Source: Octopus vulgaris (Eukaryota). From it: a stretch of DNA of 64,000 bases. The DNA is taken from contig OX597829.1 in the NCBI GenBank assembly GCA_951406725.2, forward strand, positions 55,242,001 to 55,306,000. The letters are read 5' to 3'. The position numbers and the translations under genes are program-made. Under the pieces are notes generated by a model. It was not told the origin of the DNA. It searched no databases and was given only the letters and a program-made list of their open reading frames with translations. Below, one piece after another: positions 13,999 through 28,510 of the stretch; the first letter of the stretch is position 1; every line of letters starts with the position of its first letter.

Positions 13999-14179
13999 CT
14001 CTTCTTCTTCTTCTTCTTCTTCTTCTTCTTCTTCTTCTTCTTCTTCTTCTTCTTCTTCTTCTTCTTCTTCTTCTTCTTCTTCTTCTTCTTCTTCTTCTTC
14101 TTCTTCTTCTTCTTCTTCTTCTTCTTCTTCTTCTTCTTCTTCTTCTTCTTCTTCTTCTTCTTCTTCTTCTTCTTCTTCT
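13999..14179. repeat. (TTC)n microsatellite, ~60 units
   Basis: Directly visible. Confidence 0.98.
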
Positions 14180-14292
14180 CTGTCTTTCTAGCCCCACTTA
14201 GAATTTCACTTTGTCTAGATTTCTACGTGTTTGTTGTCTCACACATACACACGCAAATACCCCCCCACACACACACACATTATAGTGGAGTA

Positions 14293-14379
14293 GGCCGGTT
14301 TATAGGGTTACCCTGGGTTTCTCGCTCACAAGGGGTTTAGCCTTACGGCGTATCTTCAGACTCCAAACACTGCTGGCCT
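14293..14379 (-). ncRNA. Type I minimal hammerhead ribozyme in a PLE 3' pLTR
   Basis: Minus strand: GGAGU CUGAAGA U ACGC CGUAAGG..CCUUGUG A GCG A GAAA CCC A GGG UA ACCCU; core CUGAAGA/GAAA/GUA; imperfect stem I extended by AGGCC/GGCCU. Confidence 0.7.
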
Positions 14380-14555
14380 GAGATTTCTTTAAAATATAGA
14401 GGAGAAACAGCCTCGTTTTAAAGGTAAAACCCTAGGTGATTATCTTCCTTTGTCATCGATCTTGCGAAGGTAAACAATTGTTTCCCTTTGGCATTGGTTA
14501 TTGGTTTCCGGCAATAGTGCCACCCTACGGATTCCAAAAAGCCTGCAGGTATTTC

Positions 14556-14810
14556 CTAAAATGCAAGCCCGAAAATCTCTGTCCTGGAGTTCAGGATGCC
14601 CCCTGGCACGAGCGAATCTTTAAGGATCCTCGTGCGTTCGGCAATGCATAACTTGCACTGTTTCGTCCCGTTGATGTAGGAGCCTGGGTTCTTGAGTATT
14701 CTCCATGCGATCGAGTATGGAATTTCTTCCTCTCTTAGTTGCCAGATATGGCCGGCTAGCAACGTCATGTATCTCCTTTGCGGGAAGGACTGTTTTAATG
14801 AAGTCTCGTC
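14556..14810 (-). pseudogene. Penelope-like element GIY-YIG endonuclease C-terminal fragment
   Basis: TLLAGHIWQLREEEIPYSIAWRILKNPGSY..CKLCIAERTRI..LNSRTEI resembles the PLE endonuclease tail pattern (HIW..W.I..C.LC..E..I..LN.R.E). Confidence 0.8.
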
Positions 14811-15190
14811 ATGTCCCTACCTTCGAAAGTGGAGTAGATGAAACAGTGAACAACTGGTGAAGGGAATGTTCTTTATGTTGCCTGTCTCGTTTATCTGTTT
14901 GTTTCTTTCGTTGTTCGAACAAAAGTTCGTTTTCTATGTTTTTATTTTTTATGTTCTTGTCTCTCATTTTGTCTACGTTTCTTTTACGCCCTGTACCCAT
15001 ATATGCATGTATTTATACATATATATGTAGGTATGTAATACATGTATGTATACATGCATATATTTATAATATATATATATATGTATATATATATGTATTT
15101 ATGTATAAATGTAACGGTTAGCATAGTTGCCTTCTAAGCAGTCGATCCGGGTTCGACTTCCGGCCAACGCATCCCTTTATTTTATTTATA

Positions 15191-17625
15191 GGCGCAGGAG
15201 TGGCTGTGTGGCAAGTAGCTTGCTTACTTTTACTACAGGAGAGTTCTTGCTGCTTGAAGTCACGTCTTTCGTCGTGAAATATTGAACTTTGAGGTTCGAC
15301 TACAGGTAGGCGTTTGTTGTATTTTCTTGGGGGCTTATTGGAGTTTGTTGCCCTGTATTTAATATTTTTTGGTGAGCAACAGTCTCCACTCTGCTTCAGA
15401 CATTTGCCTGTCTGTGGTCGTGCGTAAAGACTCACTTTGCAGTGAGAATTGTGTTTTGAGGAGGCGCAAAAATTAATTTGTTTGCGAAAAGTGTCTTCGT
15501 GTTTGTGAATTTCCACTGGATTACCAAGGAATACCAAGGCAGGAAGGACTATTTTTGCGACTGGAGTACCTGTATTATTACGGAGTTGCGGAATTGTGTT
15601 GCGTGGATTGAACTGTCTTCCTTCGTTCTTTTTTTCTGCTCTGTCTTTCCGTTCTTTTTTGTGTTTATTACTGAACTTTTATTTAGAACTTTGAACTTTT
15701 TGGTTGAACTCTTTCCCTTCTTTTTGTGTTTTAAAATCATGGCAACAAAGAAAACCACTGTGCTGGAGTGGGAAATTGTGCCCCCTAAGCAGTGGATAGA
15801 GGACCGAAATGAGAGAATGGTGGCGTTAAGGATGTACTCCAAGTCCCTTGACACCATCACTGTATTCTCTCAGGTCGAAATTGAAAAAAGAGTTGGCAGA
15901 ATACCTGCCAACTGTCAAGTATATTGCAAGGGGTGTCAAATTTGCAACAGTGTGGTTGCTGTTTGACACCCCTAAAGAGGCTAGGATGTTTGCTAGTCAG
16001 CCCCTGGAAGGGAAACAAATTTTGCTTCTCCCCACATATCGGGGGTGGAAATTGATAAGAGCCTGGGTGAGTGGCTGCCACCCGGAATAGAGCCTGAATG
16101 GATAGAGGATACTATCCGCCGGGGTCTGGGTGGCAGCGGAGCCAGGCTCTTGAATGTTAGAATGCTTCCTGTGGCTGATTGGGTGGGGTCGAAAGCAATT
16201 TTGACTCTACGGACCCAATCAGCCAAAGATCTGGTTTCCCTAGATATTCTAAAGATGGCCGGTTCTAGGCATACGGTAATCTTAAGGGACGCCCCCCCCC
16301 ACCAAGTGTCACCTGTTCCTGGAATCGGACCACATCAAGAAGAATTGCCCCAACTACCATGCAAGGGCACTGGAAAAATTAACAGTGGAGGATGTTTTTC
16401 CTCCAACGGGGCCTCTTGATTATATAACGGAGGTAGAGGTAGAGGAGGAGGTAACCCCCTCGAAAGGAAAAAAGAAAGAAGGTGGGCAACAATTGTTGCC
16501 CACCAATGGATTCTGAGCCGGCGGGAGGGAAAGAGGGACTCCCAGACAAGTTGGAGGAATTCCACCCTCCCGTCGAGAAGAGAAAAAAAAAGAAAAAGAA
16601 AAAAAAAAGAATGGGACATCAACTGCCAGCATGCCCCGAAACCTGCTGGTGGGAAGTGTGCCACCGACAGAGGGAGCAGTGGTCCATCCCAGAAGAATGG
16701 AAGACGAGTTCGTCGTATTATTTCTGAAGGTAGGGGCAATAGATAGCTCCGTAAGGAAGCGAGCTTTGAGGGAGGAGCCCTTAGCCTTGACTGGAGGGAG
16801 GAGTTGGCCTTCGCAGTTGACTGCGAAGGACATGTCGGAGGCCAACATGTGACAGGCTCCTTCATGAAGGACTCGTACAGAATTGTAATTTGGGAACCCG
16901 ACCGGGATCCGGGGCAGTACCTATGGGCAGCCCACAGCCTGGTCGGGGGCGAAAAAGTATAGGCTTAGCGCCGAAATGTGTAAATGTGCATTAATATTGT
17001 TGTTACTTCTGTAAGAGGGTTATTACCTCAAGATGTGACTTTTTAAATGAACAACGTTATAGAGAAGCAGAGGGTCGGCGGACGCTTTCTGTATTCTCCC
17101 ATTTTTATCATAATTGCACTATCATCATTCGCCTCATCAATGTCTTGTCCAGCCCGTAAAGCTACCCATCTTTGTACTGTCTCTATGGCAAATTTGATAA
17201 AATAAAGTAGCTTGCTTACCAACCACATGGTTCCGGGTTCATTCCCACTGCGTGGCACCTTAGCATGTGTCTTCTACTATAGCCTCGGGCTGACCAAAGC
17301 CTTGTGAGTGGATTTGGTAGACTGAAAGAAGCCCGTCGTATGTATGTATGTATGTATGTATGTATGTATGTATGTATGTATGTATGTATGTATGTATGTA
17401 TGTATGTATGTATGTGTGTGTATGTTTGTATGTCTGTGCTTGTCCCCCTAACATCGCTTGACAACCGATGCTGTTGTGTTTACGTTCCCGTGACTTAGCG
17501 GTTCGGCAAAAGAGACCGATAGAATAAGTACTAGGCTTCCAAAGAATAAGTCCTGTGGTCGATTTGCTCGACTAAAGGCGGTGCTCCAGCATGGCCGCAG
17601 TCAAATGACTGAAACAAGTATAAGA
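15191..17625 (+). mobile_element. SINE family B split by a 2-kb insertion (pieces 15191-15227 and 17205-17625)
   Basis: Head GGCGCAGGAGTGGCTGTGTGGCAAGTAGCTTGCTTAC resumes at 17205 as AAGTAGCTTGCTTACCAACCACATGG... Confidence 0.9.
15228..17204 (+). mobile_element. ORF1-only (HAL1-like) non-LTR retroelement with 15-bp TSD
   Basis: TSD AAGTAGCTTGCTTAC at 15213-15227 and 17205-17219; ~500-bp T-rich 5' UTR; frameshifted ORF from ATG 15739 with degenerate CX2CX4HX4C knuckle (CHLFLESDHIKKNC, 16307-16348) and a K/E-rich region; ends ATAAAATAA; no RT/EN motifs recognised. Confidence 0.7.
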
Positions 17626-17626
17626 G

Positions 17627-18478
<852 letters not shown>

Positions 18479-19032
18479 AAGTTTAAAGGACGGATAGAAG
18501 GCAGTTCATTCCGTGTCACACGTGTTTCCATAACAATGTATTTATTGATTACGTGTGCAATCATGTGTATTACGTTTTTAACAAAATGCAGGCCACATCA
18601 TCAGAACTGAAAACTGCACAGGTAACAAAATCGGTTAGACCCAACGTTCGATCCGGGTAAAAAAAAAAAATAAAGAAAAAGAAGCAGCCCACACCTTAAA
18701 AAATTTTTAAAAATACAAAAAAAAAAGAAGAAGAAAGAAGCATCCTCCCAATTAAAAAAAAATGGATAAAATCATACCATTAATAGGAGTGCTAAGAAAA
18801 ACAGAAACAGCCAATAAGGCGGTTTAGTTATCGTCCCAAAGACCGAACAAGAAAAAAAAAGGTGTGGTTATATTCATAAACATCTTGACAAAGATTTATA
18901 GCTGCGATAATGATATTCGACCTGCGTCTGGCATCAAGATAATCAAGCCGGCGCCCAAGTTGTAATTTAATTTTATTTCGTTCATAATCTTTTAATGATT
19001 TCTGTAAATATTTTTTTTCACATACAGCTTCA

Positions 19033-19189
19033 GGCATGGGTGTGTGGCAAGAAGCCTGTTTCCCAACCACATGGTTCCGGGTTCAGTCTCAATACCTGAC
19101 ACCTTGGGCAAGTGTCAGTAGATTTGGTAGACGGAAAGTGAAAGAAGTCTGTCGTATATATATATGCGTGCGCGCATGTATATATATGT

Positions 19190-19228
<39 letters not shown>

Positions 19229-19438
19229 TGAATTTGTTCCCCCGTCCGTCACCGGTTGACAACCGGTGTTGGTGCATTTACGCCCCAGTGCCCTAGCAGT
19301 TTGGCAAAAGAGACCGATAGAATAAATACTAGGCTTAAAAGATAAAAATCTTGCGTTCGATTTGTTCGACTAAAATTGCTCGGGGCGGTGCCCCAGCATG
19401 GCCGCAATCAAATGACTGAAACTAATAAAAGAATAAAG
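19033..19438 (+). mobile_element. SINE family B
   Basis: Head, central GGATTTGGTAGACGGAAA.. segment, (TG)n and tail CCCCAGCATGGCCGCA.. as in other copies. Confidence 0.85.
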
Positions 19439-19555
19439 GAACACACACACACAAGCATGCGCGCACACACACATACAAACATTTTGTTGTGTCTGGGAAC
19501 ACGAGCATAGCTGCGGGTGGGGTCACCGGTTCAATTCCCATTCATTTATTATTTA

Positions 19556-19957
19556 CTAGCAGTATCGCCCGGCGTTGCTCGGGTTTGTAAGGGAAATAAC
19601 TATATAAGCATTTTTAGAGAGTTATAGCCAAAAAATAGCCAAAAAAATGCATTAAAAATGGAAAAAAAAATGATGGTAAATTTTTTAAAAATCGTTGACA
19701 CATCGTAGACATTTTTAGAGAGTTACTTCCCTTATATAATAGCGAAAAAATGCATTAAAATGGAAAAAAATGATGATAAATTTTTTTTTAAATCGTAGAC
19801 TCATCGTAGACGCGCGCTAATACCCAGAAGGGCTCGATATGAATCACGACTATAAGATACCCGGTTTTGGTTAAACTGCACCGCAAAATGTGAGAGTAGT
19901 TAGGAATCTAAATCGTAGGAGACAGACAGCACACGACCTTACTTTTATATATAAAGA
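19556..19957 (-). mobile_element. Non-autonomous Helitron
   Basis: Minus strand begins A|TCTTTATATATAAAAG and ends with hairpin CCCGAGCAACGCCGGG + CGATACTG + CTAG|T; a closely related copy lies at 44971-45276. Confidence 0.85.
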
Positions 19958-20233
19958 TATATATTTTTTCCTTTTCCCAAATTTCCCTCGCTTTTGCAAC
20001 CTTGTCAGTAGATGTTCACTCTGTCTATTATCGGGGCTGCGTATATTTGTGTATGTATAGCACATACATACGCAAAAATGGATAAAATCATACCATTAAT
20101 TCAACAATTAAGTTTAATTTGTTAAAATATTATCGTGCTGCAGCACGAAGTTTTGTCAGTGAACAGGTCGCGGTCTCAAAGCGACGAAAATATTTTGACA
20201 AATTAAATGGCTTGCAAACACCTTCCACGATGC

Positions 20234-20305
<72 letters not shown>

Positions 20306-20392
20306 GAAGTGATTTTTAGATTCTCAAACGCAGGATAATGCTAATAATATAGCTACCCCTATTTTACAGAAAAAAGTGTTGGCGTCCGGCTA

Positions 20393-20541
20393 TACGACGG
20401 GCTTCTTTCAGTTTCCGTCTACCAAATCCACTCACAAGGTTTTGGTCGGCCCGAGGCTATAGTAGAAGACATTTGCCCAAGGTGCCATGCAGTGGAACTG
20501 AACCCAGAACTATGTGGTTGGTAAGCAAGCTACTTACCACA
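20393..20541 (-). mobile_element. SINE family B, 5' half
   Basis: Matches family B head and central segment. Confidence 0.85.
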
Positions 20542-20724
20542 CACACACACACATACACATACATGTGGGGATATACTTGCATAGTAAGTGACTTCATCTG
20601 AGATCGAGTGCTGAAACAAAATCAATTGCAGCGTGTAATTGTTTGTAAGACATTTAAGAACACACAAAAACTATTGTTTCACTTCAACATTTAAATATAA
20701 TTTGTGTCGAAAATACATACATAT

Positions 20725-20934
20725 CTTTTCTACTCTTGACGCAAGGCCCGAAATTTTTGAGGCGGGGACCAGTCAATTAGATCGACCCCAGTACGCAACT
20801 GGTACTTAATGTATCAACCCCCGAATGGATGAAAGGCAAAGTCGACCTCGGTGGAATTTGAACTCAGAACGTAACGGCAGACGAAATACCGCTAAGCATT
20901 TCACCCGGCGTGCTAACGATTCTGCCAGCTCGCT
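20725..20934 (-). mobile_element. SINE family A
   Basis: A/B boxes plus Meta-like central domain. A short head fragment also lies at ~20991-21016 before (TATC)n. Confidence 0.85.
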
Positions 20935-21013
20935 GTCTTATGAACACATATATCATGAACTAACTGTTACTTTCTCAGATGCAGTACGAAAAGGCGGCGA
21001 GCTGGCAAAAACG

Positions 21014-21130
<117 letters not shown>

Positions 21131-22546
21131 ATTCGATCCCTCACAGTTTTTATTTTTGGTCTCTTTCACCCAACGCACCGGCAGCATAATTTTAAAGACA
21201 CTATCTGTTCACCTCAGTGTCTTCCATTCTTACCATTTTAGGAAAATAGCTGAATGATTTACTTTCTTGCAACCATTTCTAAGAAGTGTTTGTAGAACGT
21301 GTAATTTCACAAAGACCAGCCGCAAGGCGCTGGCAGCTTATAAGGAGATGTACACTGTATCAAGACAAAAGGAAATTACTTTTTTTAAGCAGATGCCGAG
21401 AGACATCTTGAACTTCGCCAAAGACTTTCAGAAAAACAATGTAGAAACTGTACTTTGTTATAGAATTACAAGAGAACAATACAAGAAGCTGCTAAATATT
21501 ACTTATTCCGGATATAAAACAACGGTTCATGCTGTAATCTCTATGTAATTCGAGTTGAATCTCTTTTGCCGCTTCATCTCGAACTGTAATACTGAGCGTC
21601 GATTTATTTCCCCGACAACATTGGTTGTTATGCTTTACCTAACTGCCAACTCTTTATTAACTCCGTCTGAGAAAACGAACTCTATAAAATAATTTTAAAA
21701 ATATTTCTATGATTTTACAAATTTTTATTGAAATAATTAGTGACTAATATTAATTCCAATACCTTGAAATCAATAATTCTAATGTTGTCACCTCCCATTA
21801 ATCAACAAACTGTACCAAAAATTTATGTTAGTGTTTATTTAGTGAAACAGTTTCTTTGATAATACATCATTTAATCTGTTTACGTTGGTTATATTTTAAG
21901 TATTTATTTCGTTGTTGTTGTTTAGATATGTAATCAAAGACGTTCTAACAACAGCGACCATTTCATCTTTTTAGGTGTTTGTTGAAGACTATGATAGACA
22001 ATGTATCTTTCAACTTTTTTTTTAAGAAAATCGGTAGGATATCGATTTGAGGGAGATTTGGTGACTAGTTCTTGCAGATCATGTTATTTCTCATACTACC
22101 ACGTTGACCCAGTCTCCCTAATTGGAAATTGTTGTTCATTATTAATGTTAAAGATAACGGCTTATAAGTTCTATAAGTTACTGACCATCTTAAACATAAA
22201 TCATCCATTTTAAAACTGAAAACAGAAAACAGAAAACAGATGGTTAAATGATTTCCCGACTGGTTTTCTATATTCATTTGATGAACTTTTTTCGCTTTAA
22301 TGAAATATTTTAAAACTTATTGGATTTTAGAATGAAAATCTTTAATTTTTAAATGATACTTAGATGACCGTTACTGTTAAAATCATCATATGTTAATTGT
22401 ATTGACAGAACACACAACTGTAGACATAATTTCTAATCGCATGAATTAAACACAGATTTCATGAAATCTATGTATATATTTATTTCCTTCCATGTGGTTT
22501 TTCTACATTATTTTATGTATAAATATTCTTACCGACAATATTAATT

Positions 22547-22714
22547 AGGAGTGGCTGTCTGGTAAGTAGCTTGCTTACCAACCACATGGTTCAGGGTTCA
22601 GTCCCACTGCGTGGCACCTTGGGCAAGTGTCTTCTACTATAGCCTCGAGCCGACCAAATGGTGTGAGTGGATTTGGTAGACGGAAACTGAAAGAAGCCCA
22701 TTGTATATATGTAT

Positions 22715-22747
<33 letters not shown>

Positions 22748-22962
22748 CGTTTGTGTGTCTGTGTTTGCCCCCCCCCCAACATCGCTTGACAACCGATGCT
22801 GGTGTGTTTACATCCCCGTAACTTAGCGGTTCCGCAAAAGTAACCGGTAAAATAAGTACTAGGCTTACAAAGAATAAGTCCTGGGGTCGATTTGCTCGAC
22901 TAAAGGTGGTGCTCCAGCATGGCCACAGTCAAATGACTGAAACAAGTAAAAAGAGTAAAAGA
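22547..22962 (+). mobile_element. SINE family B (tRNA head + CORE-like segment), near full length
   Basis: GGAGTGGCTGTCTGGTAAG (A box), GGGTTCAGTCCC (B box), GGCACCTTGGGCAAGTG (CORE-like), internal microsatellite, tail GAAACAAGTAAAAGAGTAAAAG. Confidence 0.9.
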
Positions 22963-23286
22963 ATAATTCAGATTCAGAAATAATTGCTTGCCGAAAGGTC
23001 TTTTAAACTATTGTTTCAGCTTCTCAATTGTTTTTCTTTTTTAAAATTTCTCAACAAGCGAGAAGCAGAGAAGCAGAGAAGCAGAGGTCGTTGTTGTGTC
23101 GACGCAATGGACAAAGTTTGAGGAGTATATTTTGTGAGCTGTACACGGAATTTCGGGCTGTTATATTAACCATAGTTAAATAAATCCATGTTGAAACATT
23201 TAGAGACTTAAATCTCTATAACAAACAACAGAAATTGTTTGGAAAATTTTAACTGACGTAGGCTTTAATCTATTTGATATAATGTA

Positions 23287-23614
<328 letters not shown>

Positions 23615-24610
23615 TTATAAAAGTTGGCTATCCTCGTATCCCGGTATCACCAAATATCGTTTTAATTCAATATATCTTTCGGCTTTACGATGACTGTAAC
23701 CTTAGTAATTAAGTAATTTCTTACACAGTTTGACAAAAACAGAAATGATTATTGACACGGCCAAAATGTGTTTGGTGGGTGCTAATTATGAATGACAAAT
23801 AATTGTTTCAATGAAGAACTCGTAAGGAGAGCAGGGCTGAAAGAGAAGGCTGTCAGAAACAAGAAAATAATAGGACAGGGAATTAGCATTTAAGAAATTA
23901 AACGTGTCAGCAATTTCGCATGTGTCACTTATATTTGTATTTTTGTGTACTCTTAATTTTGTCAGAAAGTCACGCGTCTGTATACTTTAGGTTTATGAAG
24001 GAAGTATTTAACTTAGATTATACTTAAGTAGACATTAGACTAAATTAAGGTCTTGATTTATGTGTAAAATTGGCCGTGTTGTGGCATAACGGCAACTGCT
24101 GTCAATAGCCAGGTAGCAAGGTATTAAATTTGATCGGGATTGAAAAGTTTAAGAGAGAAGTGAAAGTAAATGAAAACAAAACTATGTGGTGAATATATCA
24201 AACCATATTGATAAGGTAGTAAATAGCACGATTGTAAGTTTTACAGGCTGATTTATGGATGATATCATTCTTGATTGTATGGTGGTGCTATAACCGTATG
24301 TGATAGCACGTAACGCTGTGTTAAAAATTTCGTTTGTTTCTTAGTTCAAAATAGATATGAAATATAATCTTTGAAAATCTTTACAAACTGTTGAATTTGA
24401 TACAAAAACAACAAAGAAGGATTTCTCCCGCATTTCACTCTTGGGAGGAAAGAGTGTTCAACGAATTTAATGCAGGTGTAAGGAAAAAAGCACAGCGTGG
24501 AAATGTATAAAAGAACAGGCAGGTGTATCGACTTTATGTAGTGGTGGTACGTAAATTGTTAGTTCGAAGGATCAGGTATAGTTGTATTAGAAGTTCAAGG
24601 GAAAGAGCGA

Positions 24611-24664
<54 letters not shown>

Positions 24665-25371
24665 AAGAGAGGACAGAGCAAGTTGTGTCGCAGGTGGTGT
24701 AGTTTTGGGGTGTCTGAGAAGTAAGTTTTGCTTGTCAATCGGATGCCCCCCCCTTTTTTTTTAGATGTTTATGTGTTCAAATTCTGCTTAATTTTAGACG
24801 TGTGAGTTGTACAACAACGTAGACACACATTTGTACTGTGTAAAGAGTTAGCAACTGTTCAGTGTTGAATTAGAAGCTCATCTTTTGATATGCAGATACA
24901 GTCAAATTATACATGTGGTCACCAAAAGATATCTTTAAAGATCTCAAGATCTAGCATGTATAAAACTTGTGAAGAGTGTAGCTATGGTCTGTTCAAAAGC
25001 TAGGAAATATAATAATGGTTTTTTATTTAGTTGATTTGGTCTGGAGGAAGAGGTTTTAAAATTTTGTTTCCAACTTGTATCTGTTACCTCACTTTAGATT
25101 TCAGAACAAAATTTATTTCAGAAACAGTTTTATATATTTCCCGTGGCGCTACCTTAACTTCAGATCCTGTTCTCATGTTTTATCTGTTCTTCGATTTGTG
25201 ATGCATCGAAAATGTCAATTTTTCCTTTTATACTTTTAAAATATTTGCAAAAATCTACGAGCAATGAAGCAAGTTATTTTTCTCTGACATAAAAAGCGAA
25301 CTGCAATTTCATATTTATATTCGATGAAAATTCATTTTAAGAAGTTCAGCTTTTTAATATCAAGTTACATA

Positions 25372-25590
25372 AAGGCAGTGCGCTGGCAGAATCATTAGCA
25401 CTCCGATCAAAACGCTGAGCGGCATTTCGTCCGTATTTACGTTCCGAGTTCAAATTTAGCTGAAATTGACTTTGCTTACATCCTTTCGAGATTGATGAAA
25501 TACGAACTAATTGGGAATTGAGTTCGATGTAATCGGCTTACCTCTCTTCCCCAAATAGCTGCCCTTGTGCCAAAATTTGAAATCAATATA
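25372..25590 (+). mobile_element. SINE family A, old diverged copy
   Basis: CTGGCAGAATCATTAGCAC..GAGTTCAAATT..GACTTTGCTTACATCCTTTCG. Confidence 0.75.
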
Positions 25591-25816
25591 AAATTGCATT
25601 AACTTTTCAGAACACAAGACGACAGCGTAGACAATCATCATACCAAAGGATAAGTGCTATTAGTTTGAATTTAGTCAGTTATCGAAGATTTAAATTTAAT
25701 CAAGTCAAATACCGAGTATGATAATTTAACCAGTAGGTATTCTTGCGATAGAATTCAGCAAAGCCATTCTATAACATTGCGTTTCGTCTAAGTAAACACT
25801 TCTTTTTTAACATTTA

Positions 25817-27089
25817 GTATATCAAAAAGTTCCGGACTAGTTATGTTTAATAAAAATTAATTTATTTGTCTAAGTTTTAACATCATCTCCTTCGAAATAG
25901 TCACTCTGCGCAGCAATAAACCGCTCCCAGCGTTGCTGCTACATTTGGAATCCGTTGTGGAAATCGTTTTCCGTAAGCGAGCCGAGGACCTCCTCTGAAC
26001 GGTGTTGAGTTGCATTTTCATTTGGGGAAGAGATGGAAATCTGCAGGTGCTAAATCTGGCAAACAGGACAGGTGCGGAAGCGATGCCATGTTGTTTTTAG
26101 TGAGAAACTCACAAATGAGGAAAGCTCGGTGACAGGATGGCATTGTCGTCGTGAAGAAGCTGATTCTTCGCGCTCGACAGATCCGATCGTTTTCGCCGAA
26201 TGTTCTCCCTCAAACGCTTCGAAACGTCTCGAATGACGCTCTGGCCCTGGGGGACAAATTCCCGATGCATAATACCAAGTATGTCGAAAAAACAAAACGA
26301 AAAAAACGATGAGCTGCGGCTCTGTCAAGCCTTCTTCGATCGTGGAGATGAAGGGATCTTCCATTGTGGAGACTGCTGCTTTGTCACAGGGTCTATCCGT
26401 AGACCTAACTTTTGTCACCAGCGAGGATCCTCGACATGAAGGATGGGTCATCAGCGGCACGCTGACGGAGATCTTGACAGACTTCCAGGCGATGTTCTTT
26501 CTGTTCAGTGGTCAGCAGGCGGGGTGGGGGGGGCAAACTTGGTGTGTCCCTGCCAAGTTTCAATTCAGACCTTAAGATTGCCTGCACGGACCCATTCAAC
26601 GAATCAACAACATCAGCAACTTCGTTTGTTGTCCTCCCACGATCCTCAGGCACAAGCTGATAAAATTTTCTCCACATTTCCAGGAGTGACGCTCATGGCA
26701 GATCTTCAAGATCGCTCATCGTCTTCCAGGGACGTTCTTTTGCTTTTGAAGCGCTCGTCCCACTCGAAACATCGCGTACGACCCATAGCCTTGTCGCCGT
26801 AAGCTTGCCGAAGCGTGCTCAATATCACTGTAGCAGACTTCTCAAGTTTAACTCGAAAGTTCTTGTTGGCTCTTTGTTCCAACTTCCTGTCCATGACAAA
26901 ATCACAGACTATCGCATACACGTGATCACAAAAACACAAATTTCACAACTTGAGAAATAAATACAGCAATATCACTCTGCACACTGTCCCATGAAGGTCA
27001 CTGCTAGCACTCACTGTGCACATAACCGTGTGCTGTCATCTGTTGGTGCGCTACAGAACTAGACCGGGTAGTTTTTTTATACCACCTCG
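25817..27089 (-). mobile_element. Mariner transposon, decayed
   Basis: TIR-like TACGAGGTGGTATAAAAAAACTACCCGGTCTAG (right end, with TA) vs TATCAAAAAGTTCCGGACTAG (left, truncated); transposase MDRKLEQRANKNFRVKLEKSAT..FEWDERFKSKRTSLEDDERS..RLLTTEQKEHRLEVCQDL..RILAGDKS; frameshifted. Confidence 0.9.
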
Positions 27090-27099
27090 TATATAACGT

Positions 27100-27152
27100 A
27101 CATACATACACACGCAAACATACATACATACATACATACATACATACATACA

Positions 27153-27184
<32 letters not shown>

Positions 27185-27475
27185 CATATACATATATGCA
27201 TACATATATACTTACGTACGTACGTACAAAAATACATACATACAATCATATACACATACATACATACATACATAAATTCATATACACGTACATACGTGCA
27301 TACATATATACCTACGTACGTACGTACATACATACATTCATATAGACATACATACATGCATACATATATACTTACGTACGTACATACATACATACATACA
27401 TACATACATACATACATACATAAACAAATGTATGGATGTATACATATATGTATATTTATATGTGTGTGTGTGTGC
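27100..27475. repeat. Degenerate (TACA)n microsatellite
   Basis: Directly visible. Confidence 0.9.
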
Positions 27476-27663
27476 TTTAAAATATAAAGAAAAACGCCTT
27501 ATATCGATGGATAATTTATTCTAAATAACGAAATTGTAACAAGTTTGAAGAAGAATTAAAATTTATGCGAAAATGGTGATTATATTGGAGAAAATTAAGT
27601 TTTAATGTCAGCATATTAGGATTTTATAGAAGTGGACTTTATAACTCAACGTAGAGGGAGAAA

Positions 27664-27746
<83 letters not shown>

Positions 27747-28439
27747 GGAGAAAGCGGATGGTAGAAATGGAACTCGCACGCACACACAGAGAAAATACTA
27801 TAAAATTCCAAGCGAGATTATATTACAAGCAGAGGACGCAGGGGGTCCAGTCTTGTATATTATACATGGTGTCCTTTCTCCTTTTTGGGAATTTGATCAG
27901 AAGGAGATTTGGCTGCTATTTCTAGCAAATGAATCGATCACATTGACGGCCTCCGCAACTTTTGCTTTAAGTAATAGCAAAATAAAAATGAAAAGTGACT
28001 TCCAAAGTAAACAAGAAGGAAGTAGATTCTCCTTTTGGTAATACATCACGTACGACAGTTTGGGCCAAATACCGGAAGTCACAAGAGTAATGAATGAATG
28101 TCATCTGATAACATCAGCTTTAATATCAATTTTCTGCAGATAACATGCGTGTTGTTTTGAATTCAATCTTAGATTTGGATATCTTTTCCCGAATACTAAA
28201 ACGCTGAATCCAAAATTCACGTATGCACGCGCGCGCACACACGCAAACGCACCTATTCTTACGTCTGCATAAAAACACTATAAACGCATACAAACAGCAA
28301 ACGCATACAAACAGCAGACACACGCATACACACTCACACACACATACACACACACTCTCTCTCTCTCACACACTCTCTATCTCTCACTCTCTCTCTCACA
28401 CACACTCTCTATCTCTCACTCTCTCTCTCTGACTCTTTC

Positions 28440-28510
<71 letters not shown>

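Noticed and set aside
21267-21548. 93-aa ORF in unique sequence as a possible host exon
   Set aside because: No recognisable domain or clear splice boundaries; the length is compatible with chance.
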